A stretch of 64,000 nt of DNA, taken from the NCBI GenBank assembly GCA_963693365.1, contig CAVNZM010000005.1, forward strand, positions 7,076,710-7,140,709, in the 5' to 3' direction. Position numbers and translations under genes: made by a program. Source of the stretch: Amoebidium appalachense. Taxonomy: Eukaryota > Protista > Ichthyosporea. This document shows positions 26,685-41,097 of the stretch, piece by piece. The notes beneath the pieces were generated by a model. The model did no database searches and was not told the origin of the DNA. It worked only from the letters and a program-made list of their open reading frames with translations. The first letter of the stretch is position 1. The number at the start of each line of letters is the position of its first letter.

Positions 26685-26773
26685 ACATACACATACACAC
26701 ACACACACAGACGGCCTGCATGCTTCTGAGAATCGACATGATCGTGTCCGGCCTCAAGAAGAAGGGCAATTGA
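15909..26773 (+). CDS. CCT3: T-complex protein 1 subunit gamma (chaperonin CCT3), 10 exons: 15909-15933, 17141-17202, 18552-18762, 19854-20161, 21296-21578, 22791-22971, 23884-24058, 25414-25566, 25988-26119, 26711-26773; 530 aa
   Basis: All introns are GT-AG and the exons sum to 1593 nt in frame. Motifs: [100 protein letters not shown]. Confidence 0.98.
20621..21231. mobile_element. MITE / non-autonomous DNA transposon in CCT3 intron 4
   Basis: Perfect 17-bp terminal inverted repeats ATAGATGTGTCCGCGGC/GCCGCGGACACATCTAT, plus subterminal inverted matches (gctagcaggcc/ggcctgctagc). The interior is AT-rich and non-coding. No clear TSD. Confidence 0.75.
23090..23476 (+). mobile_element. poly(C)-anchored repeat, subfamily 3, longer copy (CCT3 intron 6) with the structured-RNA core at 23208-23365
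   Basis: Homologous to 10233-10414 (reverse complement). Shares accctgctcgtct..caagacgggtg, tgaaac and cccctga.gatgggctctg with subfamily 1. Flanked by C-rich tracts. The 5' boundary is approximate. Confidence 0.75.
24802..25285 (+). mobile_element. poly(C)-anchored repeat, subfamily 1, longer copy (CCT3 intron 7) with the structured-RNA core at 25047-25199
   Basis: 25017-25285 is near-identical to the reverse complement of 8630-8897. C-runs lie on both sides (24792-24801 and 25286-25325). The 5' extent is inferred from the flanking C-run. Confidence 0.75.
25731..25848 (+). mobile_element. poly(C)-anchored repeat, subfamily 2 fragment (CCT3 intron 8)
   Basis: Matches the reverse complement of 10444-10575. 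Ends cattcaaa + C-run and is preceded by a C-run. Confidence 0.75.
26137..26270. repeat. ~30-bp tandem minisatellite (tacgtgtgtgtgtgcaaacatacatgtgga) x~4
   Basis: Directly visible in CCT3 intron 9. Confidence 0.8.
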
Positions 26774-27432
26774 GGAGCCTGACATGCTCCCTTTTTGATT
26801 GGCTGCTATAAATAGAAGTAGGCCCAGGAGGCTTGCCTGACGGCACCGTGGCCTGTGGCTGCGTTCCCGCAGGCAAATTTATAAAAAGAGCGTAAAATTT
26901 TCTCTAGTTGTGTGTGTGTTTTGGTATTTTTCCCCCTTGTTGTCTGGCACGTACTGACTGTGCCCTCTAGCCTATGTACGATAAATCGACGCTGGCTCAA
27001 GGTAGGTGAGTCACGTCATCAGCCGCTCTCCGTATCGTCCGCGTCTCCTTGAAAAATAAGAGCTACTTCAGAAGGTAGCAGCCTTGTTGTGGATGTGTTT
27101 TGTGGTTGTTGGTGTTTTTTCTCCCTGTTTGTGGCTGTGCTTTGATGTGCTTTGGTGTGTTTCTCCACGAATTGTGGGTGACTGTGTTGCGTTTTTCTTT
27201 TGGGGTGTGTTTCCTCTTTCCTCCCAGGATGTGGGGTGCATTATTTTATCCATTAATCTTGTGCGTGTTTGGAGTGCAAAAATTATGATGTAGCATTCTT
27301 ATAACTGAATAAACCTCCCGCAATTGTGAATCATTTTGGTCCCATTGTCCCCCGTACTTGTGAATGTGTTTGTATAATGCGGTGCGGGTGCAGGTGTGTG
27401 TAACAGTGGGTGCCCCCGTCAAATTGTGTGTG

Positions 27433-27514
<82 letters not shown>

Positions 27515-28083
27515 CGCGCGCGCGCGGTGTGGTGGTGGTGGTGTGGAGGGGGGATGGGGGGGAGAGATGACTGTATGATGGTCGGCGCCGGCACAGGTTT
27601 CCTCTGCTGTAGCTACCGTGACCACGTGCCACTGCTATGTAAAGTGACTGAATAATTCATGAAGAAATTGACACAGTGAAAACCCCACATTCCCAGTTTT
27701 TTAGTCGTTTCTCAAACCCCCCTTTTCACCCAAACCTTCCCACAGCGCCAAATATTCTATACTCGGCTAATCGGTGAGATCGTGCTCGAATGGTTGGCCC
27801 CGTTCAAATTCAATTCTTCTTTCTTTTTTTTTTTTTTTGTTCCCGTTTTTATGGCGATCGTAGCTACCCAACTTTTTAGCCGTTTTTTACAGTTGGTTGG
27901 CCACAAGAACTCCTTCCTTTATTGTTAACAATAAGCCAGGCCCGGAAGGCCTGCAGAACCACCGATTCAAGACTATATACGTGGTCAGTTACCCATGAAT
28001 ATGATAGCTTAGTTACCATATTTAGAGCGGTCCAATTAAATTGTCGGCCTGGTTACCATATATCGACCATGCGCATATTAGCA

Positions 28084-28163
28084 GGGGTCACCGGCCCGCA
28101 AGTTGCATATATTTGCATATGTTTGCATATGTTTGCATATATTTTCAAGTTGCGGGTGACCCC
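28084..28163. mobile_element. 80-bp miniature inverted-repeat element with an 8-bp TSD
   Basis: TIR GGGGTCACC/GGTGACCCC and an inner inverted pair cccgcaa/ttgcggg. Identical flanks TATTAGCA at 28076-28083 and 28164-28171. The interior is four tandem ttgcatat units. Confidence 0.7.
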
Positions 28164-29183
28164 TATTAGCACTCAAATCAAACTTCGTCGGCGACGTTTG
28201 GCCATAGACTGAAATCTCCAGCTGCATGTGGCTGTGCTAGAGCTAGCGACCAAAGTGATACAAGGAGAATATGCATATCTGTGCAAGGGCTACGAACAGG
28301 TGCTTGTTAACATGTGTTGTTTGAATTGTTTGTACAATTACCACACTAATTAGTAAGCTAATATATGTGATCATGCTATACTACATCAGAGCCATCAACA
28401 TCATTGATGCTCTTCACATGGTCTATCTGATTATTGTGCCCAGTTACTGGTACTTCTGATAATAATAGCTAATATTAGTGGCGGTGCGCGTTAACAGAGG
28501 GGTGTATTTCATATCTGGATCAAGATGTACATATCCATGCATATGGCGTACATTTTAAATTTGCTTTTCGGCATTCATTGCAGGTGGAGGGAGCGGCCAA
28601 TACTGAGTGCAATGATCATGTGACTTATATAGTACCATGGTGACGAACCACTTACACTGTACTAATAGCCGATTTACATGCATATCCGCATAACCGAATA
28701 CAGTGTGTACTTGGGTATTGGGCAATATTAATAACCAGTCCTTAAAATTTCATACGCCTGTTATGGCTCCTTGTGCATATTAAGAAATCTGATAAGCCAA
28801 TATGTATGTCCGGGCTCCGTAAAAGAGGCATTACGCGTGTAAATGTCTCAGTGACTGTCGCTATATACACTCCGTAAATTACCTCAACACATGTTCAAGT
28901 GGCTATACCGGGCATATTTATCAATGATAACACATACCAGTCTAGGGTGATTCACGCATACGAGATTTTAAAAAACACACACTCCGACTAATGTGTCAAT
29001 TGAAGCTATACCTTGCTACTAACCTTACGTCTATTTTTGTTCTCCTCCCCCCCCTTCCCCCCCCCCCCCCCCTCTCCCCCCCCCCCCCCCCCCCCTCCCC
29101 CCCCTTCCACAAACACACACACACACACAAGAAAAACAAAATCCACCCACCCACACCCACGACCCGGTTTTCCTGCCACTCAC

Positions 29184-30061
29184 TCACTCGCTCGTTTTCT
29201 GACCCTCCCTTGCCAACTGCACCAGCCTATCCACATATGCCGTATGGTCATACTCTTTGGTCCCCCCCAACTCCACCAAAATTTCATCGCGATCGAAATG
29301 CTCCAGCAAGCCACGGGCGCCGTCGCCCAACAGCAACATTCGCTCCTGAAATTTCACAGGCATGAATCGGCGTATAATCGGAAATATGATGCGCATGAAC
29401 CAGGGGGGGTCGATGAGGTATATCCCGCCAAGACGGATAGGAAGTTGCTTACTGAAAGCCCTGAAAAGTTCCTGTGGGACGCGCGTGTCCAAATTTCCAA
29501 ATCGGATGTTGGTCCCGATTAACACGATCACGATTCCGCGCGCCTGGGCTTCGGGGTTGTCCAATAAAACACGCTCGAAGACACAGTGAATGTCCCTCAC
29601 TGTTTCTAGAGCGTTCCATTTGTGAGGGTCGTGCTTGCTAAGGTCAACCACTAAACACGTGCGTCCGAGCTTGTCACGTGTTCCAGGGGCCCGGATGATG
29701 CCGGCGCGCAATTGGCTGAGAAGAGATTCGCTCGTTGCTGGGGTGATGGTGTCCACCTGCAGGGTGCACAGGGTTAGAAATACTAGACTCCGAGTGTGGA
29801 GAACAGCCATACTCATATGTGGAACCTAAGGTAGCTAACTAACTAATACGTGGAGAGGGCGCGATGCAAATTAGTAGAAATTGATACCAATAATAGAACT
29901 ACTAATATGTAATGAGTTGCCCAACTACTAAGTACAAAAACACAGACCCTCGCGCGTGCACATATACACGCACGCACGCACGCACATGCACACGCACACG
30001 TGCGTGCGCGCGCGCACACATACACACGCACACGCACACGCACACGCACGCACGCACGCAC

Positions 30062-30111
<50 letters not shown>

Positions 30112-30265
30112 GTCCCACGCACAAGAATACATGGTGTCAGTAATCTACCCATCACACCACCATATTTGGAAACAAACCACGGTGTACAGCCAAAACAACA
30201 TCGATAAGGCCCACACAATACCAGACCGGCATGCTCCTGTCCCCCCCCCCACTGCCCTTCCTGCC

Positions 30266-30296
<31 letters not shown>

Positions 30297-30648
30297 ATCC
30301 TCGCTTGCACACGAACATACATAGGCATGTCCCAATGCCTGCATATCTCCCCCCCCCCCCCCCCCCCCCTCTCCCTCGGTACTTGTTCCCCCAAAATGGT
30401 CAAAGTTCGTGCATACGTGTGTGCCCATCCGCACATACCCCCCCCACACACAAATGCATATGTCCGCCATGCAGAACCCCAACCCTTTTAGCATCGACAA
30501 TAGGATATGTCTGTACACCATGTGTTGGCATGACTTCGCCTGTGTGCGAGTATGTGTGTGCCTGTGTGTGTGTGTGTGTGTGCGTGTGTGTGCGCCTTAA
30601 TGTGTATGTGCGTGCGTGTGTGTGTGTGCGTGCGTGCCTTATTGTGTA

Positions 30649-30738
<90 letters not shown>

Positions 30739-31502
30739 CCTGAGTGTGTGTGTGCGTGTGTGCGTGCGTGTGCGTGCGAGCGCGCACTAAAACATGCGCC
30801 CCTGCTTGTGTGTATGTGCGTGTGGCATGCGTGTGTGTGGGCGTGTACGAGGGTGTGTGCGTGTGTGCGTGTGTGTGTGTGTGTGTGTGTGGCCTGTGTG
30901 CGCGCGCTTGCGCCTGCATGTGTGTGTACATGAGCATCCACATGTCCATGTGCATGCTCGTGTAAGAGTGTATGTGTGTGCAGGAGTGTGCGCACATGCC
31001 TGTGTATGTACGTGTGTGCACATCCGCCATAAAACATACATGTGTGTACGTGTGCACACATGCATATGTGTGCACGCGCATGTTCCCACCCACCTGGAAC
31101 GTCTTCCTCCAGGTCATGTAATTCTCCACCAGCACCAGTGCCCTCTCCACGATGTACTTTCGTGCCCTCAGACACGCCAACTGCCACGTCTCCCCTGCCT
31201 CCTTCATGTACCAAGCATCCCCTCCACGCTCCTACACGACACATGAAAAAGGGTGAGAACCTGAGCGTGCGCACATACACACACGTTCACGCGCACACAC
31301 ACACACACAAACCACAGCACAGGAGAGCACACACATACGTGCACGTGCGGGCAAACAGATGCAGACTGAGAAGAGAGGCAGCCCGGGATCCCCCCCCCCC
31401 CCCCCCCCCCCCCCCGGGCGCACACACACACACACAGCCAGATAGGCACAAACACACACACGAATTGTCGGAACAGTTAACACGTAAATGGATTTGGAGG
31501 GT

Positions 31503-31534
<32 letters not shown>

Positions 31535-32198
31535 AGGGAGGGAGAGACAGGGGGGGAGGGGGGAGGCAAAAGAGAAACGGGGGCCCGGGGGGGGGGGGGG
31601 GGGGGGGGGAGGGGGGAGTTGCAGCTTTTGACCTAGGTACTCATATATGTGAACAGACATATACACAGCGGCGCAAGGGAGGTGTGGGAGTGCGTGGTAC
31701 CCAAGCATGATAGTGAGCGTCAACAAAATGCTAATTGTTTGCACTAGATCAATGAAGCTTTCTTCACTTGTATTTGTGTGTATCGGCTTTAAGGTAGACA
31801 CGGTGTGCAATTGCAGTTTGTGTTAAGGGAAGTGCGCTCGCGCATGGCGCACTCATGTTGATAAGCATGTGTCCTTGCACACATGGTGCCCGTGTACGTT
31901 TGTGCCTGCCCGTGTTTTCTTTTGTGCATATACAACCATCACTCACCTGCAACTCAGCCAAAAGTGCTCGTTCCTCCACCGACCCCAACTCCATGGCCAG
32001 CGACCCATCCCCAATGTGCTCCGCCAAATCATGCAGCCCCTTCAACGCCTTAAGGTCATGCACTATATCATTCACACCAGCGGCCCGTTTGTGGCTAGTC
32101 AAGGCCGATACATTGCTGGTGGTTGTTGTGTCCGGATTCTGGGTGGGTGGGTCCCCACCCGTGGATGTGGACGGGGCGCGAGTTGTATTCGGCGCCAT
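29184..32198 (-). CDS. CRAL-TRIO (Sec14-like; alpha-tocopherol transfer protein/clavesin-like) lipid-binding protein, 3 exons (32198-31947, 31231-31094, 29756-29184), 320 aa
   Basis: Phase-0 GT-AG introns. CRAL-N motif [34 protein letters not shown] motifs [57 protein letters not shown]. Confidence 0.92.
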
Positions 32199-32354
32199 AA
32201 CGAAGACTGCCTCCGGGTCATGCCTGGGGGTATGGTATTCAAGGTGAATAAAAGATAAACGGCTTAGCTGCTGGGGGAAGAAATGATATGGTGTTGTAGA
32301 ATTGAGCGTAAGAAAGTTGGTAACGACGGGGGGAAGTGGATGATGCGCGCGCCC

Positions 32355-32385
<31 letters not shown>

Positions 32386-32820
32386 TGCGTGCGTGTGCTA
32401 AAGAAGGAAGGGGGGGGGGAGGGGAGGGAGGGGGGAGAGGAGGGAGAGAGGGAGGGAAGCGAGGGCAGAGAAGGTATCAAGAAAACTCCCAAGACAAGTG
32501 AAGGTATTAAGAAAGCTCCCAAGACAAGGCGGGGAAGTGCAAGATGGTTGGAAGGGCTCGGTAAATGGGAATCTTGCAGAGGTGACTTAGTGGAGGTGCT
32601 TTCCGTAGCATACAAGTTAGATCTCTTATTAAGAAATGCCTTCAGCCCAAGAGTGTGTGTAACCAGCTTGCTGATTAATGCGCAGCGTGTGGGTTGTGAG
32701 TATTAGAGGCCAATAAACAAGGTGTAACTGCAGCAGGCGAACGTATGAACGTGCACTGCGGGTACGTGCATGTGGGTGAAACCCCACAGATCTAGGGGCT
32801 AAGAAAAATAGAGAACGGAA

Positions 32821-32934
<114 letters not shown>

Positions 32935-33147
32935 GTGCGCGTGCGCGTGCGTTTGCGTGTGTGTGTAGGCCATGGAGATGGAGGGGTAGGGAAGGCTTCC
33001 AGCATCCTTTCCCCACAGCATAATCTCTCAAACTCACGAGTCTGAAAAAAGGAAGGCATAAGATCTTCAAAAGAAAGAAGCGAGGTTGTGAGGAGAGGGA
33101 GGGGCGGAAGCTGGCCGCGATTCAGGATGGTGTGTGTGTGTGTGTAT

Positions 33148-33185
<38 letters not shown>

Positions 33186-33942
33186 GAAGGGGCGGCCTGC
33201 CGCAAGTTGTGCAAGTTGTGGAGGAGAGGGTAGACCGAAAAGGGCGGGTATTATTCATAGAACACCGGGTCACTCACCTAAACCAAGGTTAGCTGGCTGA
33301 CGGCGCGCTTTTGCCTTGACTCTCAGACTAGTAGAAGTAGAGCGTTAAACCAAATGAAAAGAACTTACGCCTTTAGGTGTTTATATATGAAGTATATTCC
33401 TACTTCTTTTTGTGTTTTAAAAAATTATTTTTTCAAGTTTTTATATCATAGCTTCTTTCATATTTTATGCACACAGCTGAGGAACGACAGAAAAGAAACA
33501 CGAACAACAAATGTTGACTCATGATTACGATGAGTGGAGCCTAAAAGTGAGGCTGGCAGTGAGTGGCCATGGGCGGGCGGCGGCAAGATCTCGATAATGG
33601 AGCACGGCGTTCTCGAAGCCGATTCTATTTAGCCACAGAGCATAAACAAAGCAAGCCTGCCAGTTTTGGGAGGCTAGGTGTGCTCAAAAAAATCACTATG
33701 CTCAGTGAAGCGCGGGCAATTTGTCGGGTTTTCATATGATTTAGCTGTGCATTTAACTTTGTATTTGTGTGGTTGAGAGAAGTAACCAATTTATTTTTTT
33801 TGGAGCAGCATGGGTACGTGATCCCCGATGGCCATGGCTGGCCATGTGCTACGTACTGGAGTAGTGTGCCACAAGTTGGTTCGTGCGAGTTTGGGCCGAG
33901 TGCAGTTAGGTAATCTGCACTCGTGGATTTGCGTCTCCACAT

Positions 33943-34524
<582 letters not shown>

Positions 34525-35139
34525 AGAATGTGTGTCTGTGTGTGTGTGTGAGGTGAGAGTGAGGGAGGGAGGGAGGGAGGGAGGAGGTGGTGGTGGTGGT
34601 GGTGGGGGGGGGGTGGACCCCGGGGGGAAGGTGGAAGAGAGAGGATTTCATGAAGATAGAGACCAGGGAAAACAATGCTTTTGCAGACTAGACAGCGCTA
34701 TTATCTTTGCAGAACACCACGATGCTTATGATGTACTTTTTTCTCGTCACTATTTCTCTAAATTGTTTGAGCTACCAGTAGCATTATATTTAGCAGTCTG
34801 GTCGGGGTATATATTTCTCTAACTTGACGTTTATTTCTAGTGTGATATCTAATACTATCCACTCATAGCTGGCACCCCAACTATGCTTACAGCCGCACAC
34901 GATTTCATTAAAAAAAAAACATTGTGTATTATCAACACAGTGGCAAGGCTATACAGTCATAAGAGGTGTTGCTGTTAGGTCACATAGTATAGTTTTTTTT
35001 CAAGGACCACGGCCATATACATACTCCACTTCAGAGTCTATTTATGTACTTAGTATCATAATGGATACTATTTGGCGATGCCATACATCATGTATTTAAG
35101 GTGATGATGTGACAGTGTAAACTTATATTTGCCACGGGT

Positions 35140-36547
<1,408 letters not shown>

Positions 36548-38178
36548 TTTCTTTTCTTTCTGATTTGTCGGGTAAATTAAACGGACATGTCAACGTTATT
36601 GTCTGCTTTTCAAGTGTTTTCCTTAAAGGAAGGAAGCTTGATGTGTTGTGCAAGGTAAACACTGGCTAGCAATTACTTTTAACGACGCAGCAGGAATGGC
36701 TGTCAGATGGCGGACACAGAGGCAAATCACAAGACGACGTGTCGCGACCTGCAGCTGGTTGCACCGTTTACATGTGGCTGCATTTTGGCTTGCTGGTGGG
36801 AATATGTACTAGCCACAGGAGCCCCAACACGGCCGTTTGTGGCGCTTGCACTGTTGGAATGGGCCGTCGGAAGATCTTCGGCAGACTCGCGTTAGATCTT
36901 GAAGTTGGGCATCGTTTATTTTGGTACCGGTGTACAGAACGAAGGTCCGAGAGCACATGCATATGTGCTGCCAGAATGGCCATGGGACATTGGCAAGACG
37001 TACATCATTAATATTAGTTTGGTGTTACTGAGTGTGAGTACCTCATAAATCTTGAAACCCGTACGCGTGTGAGCATGTGTGTGGCGTGGTTACAATAATA
37101 TATCGATGCTATGCATATGCCTTTAATGATATTATGCTCTAGAAGAAGTGTAAAAAAAAATCTTACACTTGAGGTAAATTACCCTTTGGAGGCCTGCTGG
37201 GCCGTGACCCGTTGAGAGAACCGTTCTGGGAACACAGGGCAGGAAATATCTCTGCAGCCAGGAACAGGTCACTCCGCGCGCGCCGCGGTGGCTATGTCTA
37301 TAGCTAAAAAAAAAAAACAGTGCCGTCTAAGGTATCACATGTAGCTACCAACCGTTAAGTGACTGAATCGCCTTTTTTGTTTCCATTTTAAGCATTAGGT
37401 ATTTATACAAGGATTTAGTGCTGTAAATCATTAAGTATAGTATAAAATAGGTAACGTAGGGAGATCAGGAGGCCTTAGCCGTAATGTACAACTTGCAGCA
37501 TAGATGTTGGTTGACTCTTGTCTCCATCCATTGGTAGCCAATTTGTAACCCTGTACGGGCAGACGGGGTTCAAGATCCTCCAATCAGCTTTCCCTTTTTA
37601 TTTTTAGAGACCCGTATTTTAGTCTATAGATCTTATTCGACAGAAGATCCACTGCTGCCATTGAACAATCCTAGCTTTCTAGATCCACCAATAGCACATG
37701 TTGTATGTCACCACATAGATGTACATGTGCAGCTAGGCGTTATAGATCACAAACATGTGTTTTCCAACACTTTTGTTCGGTGCCGCGGCATACGAATTCT
37801 GGCTCAAACTTGGGTTTATTCCGTGGTCATAAGAGATTGGGCTTAGACTTCGAGATCACTTATTTACTTGCACATGTAGGCTAGCCTACATAATATTTCT
37901 TCTTGACCATACGTGCAATACTTAGCCGAAGAATATCAATAGTAATATTAATTAATCACTAATATTGTGCAGGTCAATGAGGTCATGAGGTTTAATTAAA
38001 ATTTCCGTAACACCTAGCTATTGTAGGTAAAGGGCCTTTTGCGAGATACCATGTTAGCAAACATACACATGCATGTATGACACGTAACACGCACGAGCTC
38101 ACTTACGTATACGTACGCGCACACACGCACGCAGTTCATGCATGGCACACACACACACACGCACGCAGTTCATGCATG

Positions 38179-38344
<166 letters not shown>

Positions 38345-38501
38345 ACACACACACGCGTGCACGCACACAAACTCTCTCTCTCTTTATCTCTCTCTCTCTC
38401 ACCGTCTCGAGCTCGACCTCAGAGTCTTTTTCTCGCTCTCCCCCTCGCTTCTCTCTTCGCTTCTCTCTTAGAGCTCTCTCTCTCTCTCTCTCTCCCTCTC
38501 T

Positions 38502-38554
<53 letters not shown>

Positions 38555-38694
38555 GTACGCGTTCATCCAATACATAATAAAACAACAAAAAAAATAGGGC
38601 ACAAAGACTACTACTACTACTAAACTGAGAGCATTGTCCCAACCTGCCGCTGTCGCCCACTGGCTATGCATATAAATCAGATCTCGAGCCAGTA

Positions 38695-39299
38695 TGTCGT
38701 GGCTACAAACAGAGTGTATATGAACTACTCTAACTATCTGCACGCTTAAAGGGGCTCGAAACCGTGTATACGTATAAACTTTTCTTTGAGTTGGGTGGGA
38801 AGCGAGTTTTTTGTGTTCTGAGAAGAACTTCCAAAAGCCCGCGACCCCGCGAGACACTTCACAGACACGCGGCCCACTGGCCAGACAAATACCACAGTGA
38901 CATTCAGCCAATCACAACACTCCCTCCCCCACAGACTACACGCACTCCACACCATTGGCTACCGCGACCTCAGACACCCCTACAGCACTACAACACGTAC
39001 ACACGTTTACTCACAATACATATAAGCATACACACACGCGAGCAGGCAACATGGGTCTCGCCACGCACACAGCAAGAAGCAATACAACATTTAACATGGA
39101 GAGTACGCAGAGGCATGGGGCATGCACGCGCGCACCAAACAATCAGCCGCCGCTGCATCAGATTCTCCCCATACCACTGATTAATCTCCTCATACCCCAT
39201 TTAGACCCCGGCATCACTATGCAAGAAAACCCCCGAAATTCACTCACCAAAACACAAAATATAGAAGCAAACTAATACGAATCAGCTCAGCACATGACA
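38695..39299. mobile_element. solo LTR, 605 bp, 5-bp TSD CAGTA
   Basis: Starts TGTCGT and ends ATGACA, with CAGTA on both sides (38690-38694, 39300-39304). Near-identical to 41098-41702. Confidence 0.9.
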
Positions 39300-39679
39300 C
39301 AGTACATACAGGTGCTGTAGCACAAGTTTAAAAAAAAGGTTGCTCCTGCAGCTCGCTCCCGACCATTGCCTTGTGGATCTATGTTTTGTGTAGTCTAGAT
39401 CTAGAATTCGAACACTCTTCGTACATAGATCTGCCGGCTGGGTGCCAAACACATGCATGCTCCGGGCCCTGTGGAGCCCCTGTGGGGCTATAATAACTAA
39501 CGCGCATACGCCAGAGCCATACCTACTCGCACAAGCACCAAGGCACATCAAGCCCTTGTGAGAAAGCACACGTATCAACAGACTGCCTTCAGTACCCTGC
39601 GGCTTACTCTTCTCCAACACCTACAGTACTACTAAACAGCTCACGTGTACCTCTCGCGGCAAAAAGGAAGACAGCCACG

Positions 39680-40983
39680 ATGGCGTTTGTTGCTGTTTCT
39701 GCTGCCCTTTTGGCTCTGGTTGCCAACGGTGTGGTAAGTGATGCCCGTGGCCTTCTTACTCTTTGGATTCTTTATGGAATTGACATTACCTTTCTCCCCT
39801 TTGCCGTGCTTTGCCTCAACTTGGGGCTTGATTTATCACTTACATACTTGTGTCTCAGTGATATATCGTTAGATGGAAGGGAGAAGAAAATCCCGTAGCT
39901 ACGTGTAACTCGTGTTCAACCTGACTTAAAGCCGGACACGTTATACCTTCTTAGACGTCTGTGTATATGTGTATCACGAAAACCCAATATTTCATCTTCT
40001 TTGACGCCCCCATTGACATTATACTCTTTTTATATTCATAGGACGCTGTCTACCCACCCCGCCGTGTCACCCGTCCCCGCACCGAAATCCCCGCTGTCGC
40101 CGGCCCCGTCAACTCGACCCTGATCAACCGCCCCGATCCCTCCAAGGAACTGGTCTTCCTTGGCGGCAAGGTGCAGTCTGAGGCTCCGATTGTGACGGCG
40201 GTTTTCTGGGGTAAAAACTGGGCCAACACCACGTTCCAGGGAGATATTGTGCAGGGGGTGGATGATTTCTTCAACGGATGGTCCAAGTCCAAGCGTGCCA
40301 CCACCCTGACCGAGTTCACGGACAAGGACGGCCGCCCCGTTTCTGACCACATTACGTACACGGGCCATGTTTTCAACTACACCGACTCACAGCCCGGCTC
40401 GCAATACTACGCCATTCTGGACACCGTCTGCGCTGCCGGAGGCTCCAACATCGACCCAAAAGGAAACAACTATTTCCCCGTGTTTGTTGATTTCCCCGTG
40501 AGCAATGCCCCGGGTAAACTCAGCTACTGCGGGTGGCACACGTACGACTACTGCCTCAACGGAAGGGGTGTCCGCGGCGCTGCCGTGACCAACCCAAGTT
40601 CCACCCCCGCCGGTGCCCAGCTAGTTCAGTTTGCCTTCCACTGGCACATGGACTCCCCGGCGTGCGACGCACAAGATACGGAGACCGGAAACTCAATGTC
40701 TCTCGCTTCTCTCGTTAGCGTTGCCGCTCACGAACTTGAGGAGTACATGACTGACCCAATCACCGAAGACGCTCCCTACGGCGGCTACCAAGCCCCCGAC
40801 GGCAACGAGAACGCTGATAGGTGCGCGTGGACGTTCTCTCGCGAGTATATTACGCTGGCCAACGGACGCAAGTTCAAGATACAGGACGAGTGGTCCAACT
40901 ACGCATACCGCGCTGGTCTCGGCACCCCGGCGAGAATGGACGGTGCACGTGGGTGCATTCCTCAGTGGCCGCTTGACGACTAA
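39680..40983 (+). CDS. secreted PHI-1/EXORDIUM-like (phosphate-induced protein 1 family) protein, 2 exons (39680-39733, 40042-40983), 331 aa
   Basis: Signal-peptide exon, then a GTAAGT...catAG intron. Motifs LVFLGGKV..VFWG, SYCGWH, SVAAHELEEYMTDP, GNENADRCAW and FKIQDEWSN parallel the YHGG / CGYH / HELAE..TDP / GxExADxC / Q..W motifs of PHI-1/EXO and their bacterial relatives. Strong C-ending codon bias. Confidence 0.8.
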
Positions 40984-41097
40984 ATGTAAAGGTTCTTTAA
41001 ATATAAAAAAAAGCACCTGTTAGATGTTAAAATGCTTAGGGCTTTGACTCCATTGCTTCATTGAAGGAGGGTGGACAGTTGTTGATGTGGGCATTGG

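Noticed and set aside
37515-37590. tRNA/SINE-like segment with ggttcaagatcc
   Set aside because: Imperfect B-box and no cloverleaf could be drawn.
38764-39180. 138-aa ORF repeated at 41167-41583
   Set aside because: It lies within the solo LTRs and shows no gag/pol similarity.
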